Assembly (NCBI GenBank): GCA_046760785.1
Contig: JBHIET010000003.1
Coordinates: forward strand, 451-64,450
Length of the DNA: 64,000 bases
Direction: 5' to 3'
Origin: Anaerolineae bacterium
GTDB lineage: Bacteria > Chloroflexota > Anaerolineae > B4-G1
The position numbers were made by a program, and so were the translations under genes. How positions within the stretch are numbered: position 1 is the first letter of the stretch; each line of letters starts with the position of its first letter. This document shows positions 62,748 through 64,000 of this stretch, piece after piece. The notes below the pieces were generated by a model. That model was not told the DNA's origin, ran no database searches, and was given only the letters and a program-made list of their open reading frames with translations.

Positions 62748-64000
62748 CTACGCAAACTCCACCGGCTGCCGACGCGTCTCGGCATCGAGGAACTGGGCGA
62801 GACGCTCGTGGAAGAAGAGTTGCACCACGCCGGTGGGGCCGTTGCGGTGCTTGCTCACCATGATGTCGGCGATGTGCTGCTTCTCGGTGTCGGGGTGATA
62901 CAGTTCGTCGCGGTAGATGAACATCACCACGTCCGCGTCTTGTTCAAGCGATCCGCTCTCTCTCAGATCTGCCAGCACCGGCCTCTTATCGCCGCGCTGC
63001 TCGACGGCGCGGGAGAGCTGGGAGGCGGCCACCACAGGCACGTCCAACTCCCGCGCCAGTCCCTTGAGCGAGCGCGAGATGTAGGAGACCTCCTGCACTC
63101 TGTTCTCGGAACGCACGTCTCCGGTCATCAACTGCAGGTAGTCCACCAGGACGAGGTCCAGCCCGTGCTCGGCGTGGAGGCGGCGGGCCTTGGTGCGCAG
63201 TTGCAGGGCCGAGATCGAGGGCGTGTCGTCAATGAAGACAGGGAGGTCGGCGAGTTTGCCGGTGGCCTGGACGAAGAGGGGCCACTCCTCCTCCCGCAGG
63301 TCGCCCAGCCGCAGCCGCTGGGTATCAATCCCGGTTTCGGCGGATACGAGGCGCTGCACGACCTGCTCGGACGACATCTCCAGGCTGAAGATGGCGATGC
63401 GCTGTCCGTGGCGGGCAGCGTTCCGCGCGATGGAGAGACACAAAGACGTCTTTCCAACTGAGGGCCTGGCCGCGATGAGGATAAAGTCAGAGCGTTGCAA
63501 GCCACCCAGCAGCCGGTCGAGGTCAATGAAGCCGGTAGGGACGCCCAACTGTTCGCCCCGGTGATCGAAAAGGTACTCGATGCGATCATAGTACTGGCGG
63601 ATGATTTTCTGGAGGGGGGCCAGGTCGCGAGTGATGCGGCGCTCTGAGACGCTGAAGAGTACCTGCTCGGCCTGATCCACCGTCTGGTCTACATCCTCGG
63701 CTTCCCGGTAGGCCAATTGTGCGATCTGACTGGCCGCGCCGATCAGGCGCCGGCGAATGGCAGCCTGTTCGACGATGTGGCCGTAGGCCTCGACGTGTAT
63801 GGCGCTGGGAACGGCGTTGATGAGGTGCGTGATGTAGGCCGCGGCACCGACCTCCTCCAGTTGCCCCCGTCGCTCCAACTCGTCGCACAGTGTGACGAAG
63901 TCAACCGGCTCGCGCCGCTCGTGGAGCGCAAGGATGGCCTCGTAAATCCAGACGTTCTTCTGGATGTAGAAATCCTCCCCCTTCAGGAAGGGGGAGACAC
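62748..64000 (-). CDS. dnaB: replicative DNA helicase DnaB (5' end beyond the window)
   Basis: Walker [10 protein letters not shown], Walker [11 protein letters not shown], …[23 protein letters not shown]…, arginine finger region. The reading frame stays open to position 64000. Confidence 0.93.
   Translation of the reverse strand, partial: VSPFLKGEDFYIQKNVWIYEAILALHERREPVDFVTLCDELERRGQLEEVGAAAYITHLINAVPSAIHVEAYGHIVEQAAIRRRLIGAASQIAQLAYREAEDVDQTVDQAEQVLFSVSERRITRDLAPLQKIIRQYYDRIEYLFDHRGEQLGVPTGFIDLDRLLGGLQRSDFILIAARPSVGKTSLCLSIARNAARHGQRIAIFSLEMSSEQVVQRLVSAETGIDTQRLRLGDLREEEWPLFVQATGKLADLPVFIDDTPSISALQLRTKARRLHAEHGLDLVLVDYLQLMTGDVRSENRVQEVSYISRSLKGLARELDVPVVAASQLSRAVEQRGDKRPVLADLRESGSLEQDADVVMFIYRDELYHPDTEKQHIADIMVSKHRNGPTGVVQLFFHERLAQFLDAETRRQPVEFA

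Overview
This is a GC-rich bacterial chromosomal window. Gene content, repeat families and domain architectures look Chloroflexota-like, but that assignment is inference only.

- **1-23 kb:** housekeeping and envelope genes. These include a PP-loop ATPase, DUF2723-type and YfhO-type membrane glycosyltransferase-like proteins, an SDR, an NAD-kinase-like protein and gcvPB/gcvPA. Also here are a MacAB-type efflux operon, a GT2, a Roadblock/V4R/REC operon and a Zn-ADH. A cysteine synthase is preceded by a Cys-codon leader ORF and a terminator.
- **23.5-30 kb:** an orphan hypE, a patch of decayed gene fragments abutting a tmRNA gene, a secreted S8 peptidase with a 16 x 18-bp in-frame tandem repeat, and a repeat-filled intergenic region.
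- **30.1-58.1 kb, all minus strand:** the dominant feature, a roughly 28-kb co-directional signalling cluster of 12 genes.
  - two single-domain response regulators and a Cache-HAMP-GAF histidine kinase
  - five kinase-less membrane GAF paralogues (three with HAMP) that all end in the same truncated GAF-like module
  - an orphan ParA-type ATPase whose stop overlaps the start of one of those paralogues
  - a 3279-aa hybrid kinase with about 14 GAF modules
  - a threonine-synthase-like enzyme fused to a receiver, and a REC-kinase
  - no DNA-binding, c-di-GMP or chemotaxis output domain was recognised in the cluster
- **58-64 kb:** an uncharacterised membrane protein, a GIY-YIG protein, and a replication module (dnaB, MNT/HEPN, dnaD-like, internally duplicated dnaC-like).

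Short-period (4, 7 and 8 nt) tracts and a dispersed CCTGAG..TCGAAGGG motif occur both between genes and in frame inside them. No rRNA, tRNA, CRISPR array, transposase or integrase was recognised.

All domain calls come from reading motifs in the supplied translations. No database search was run.
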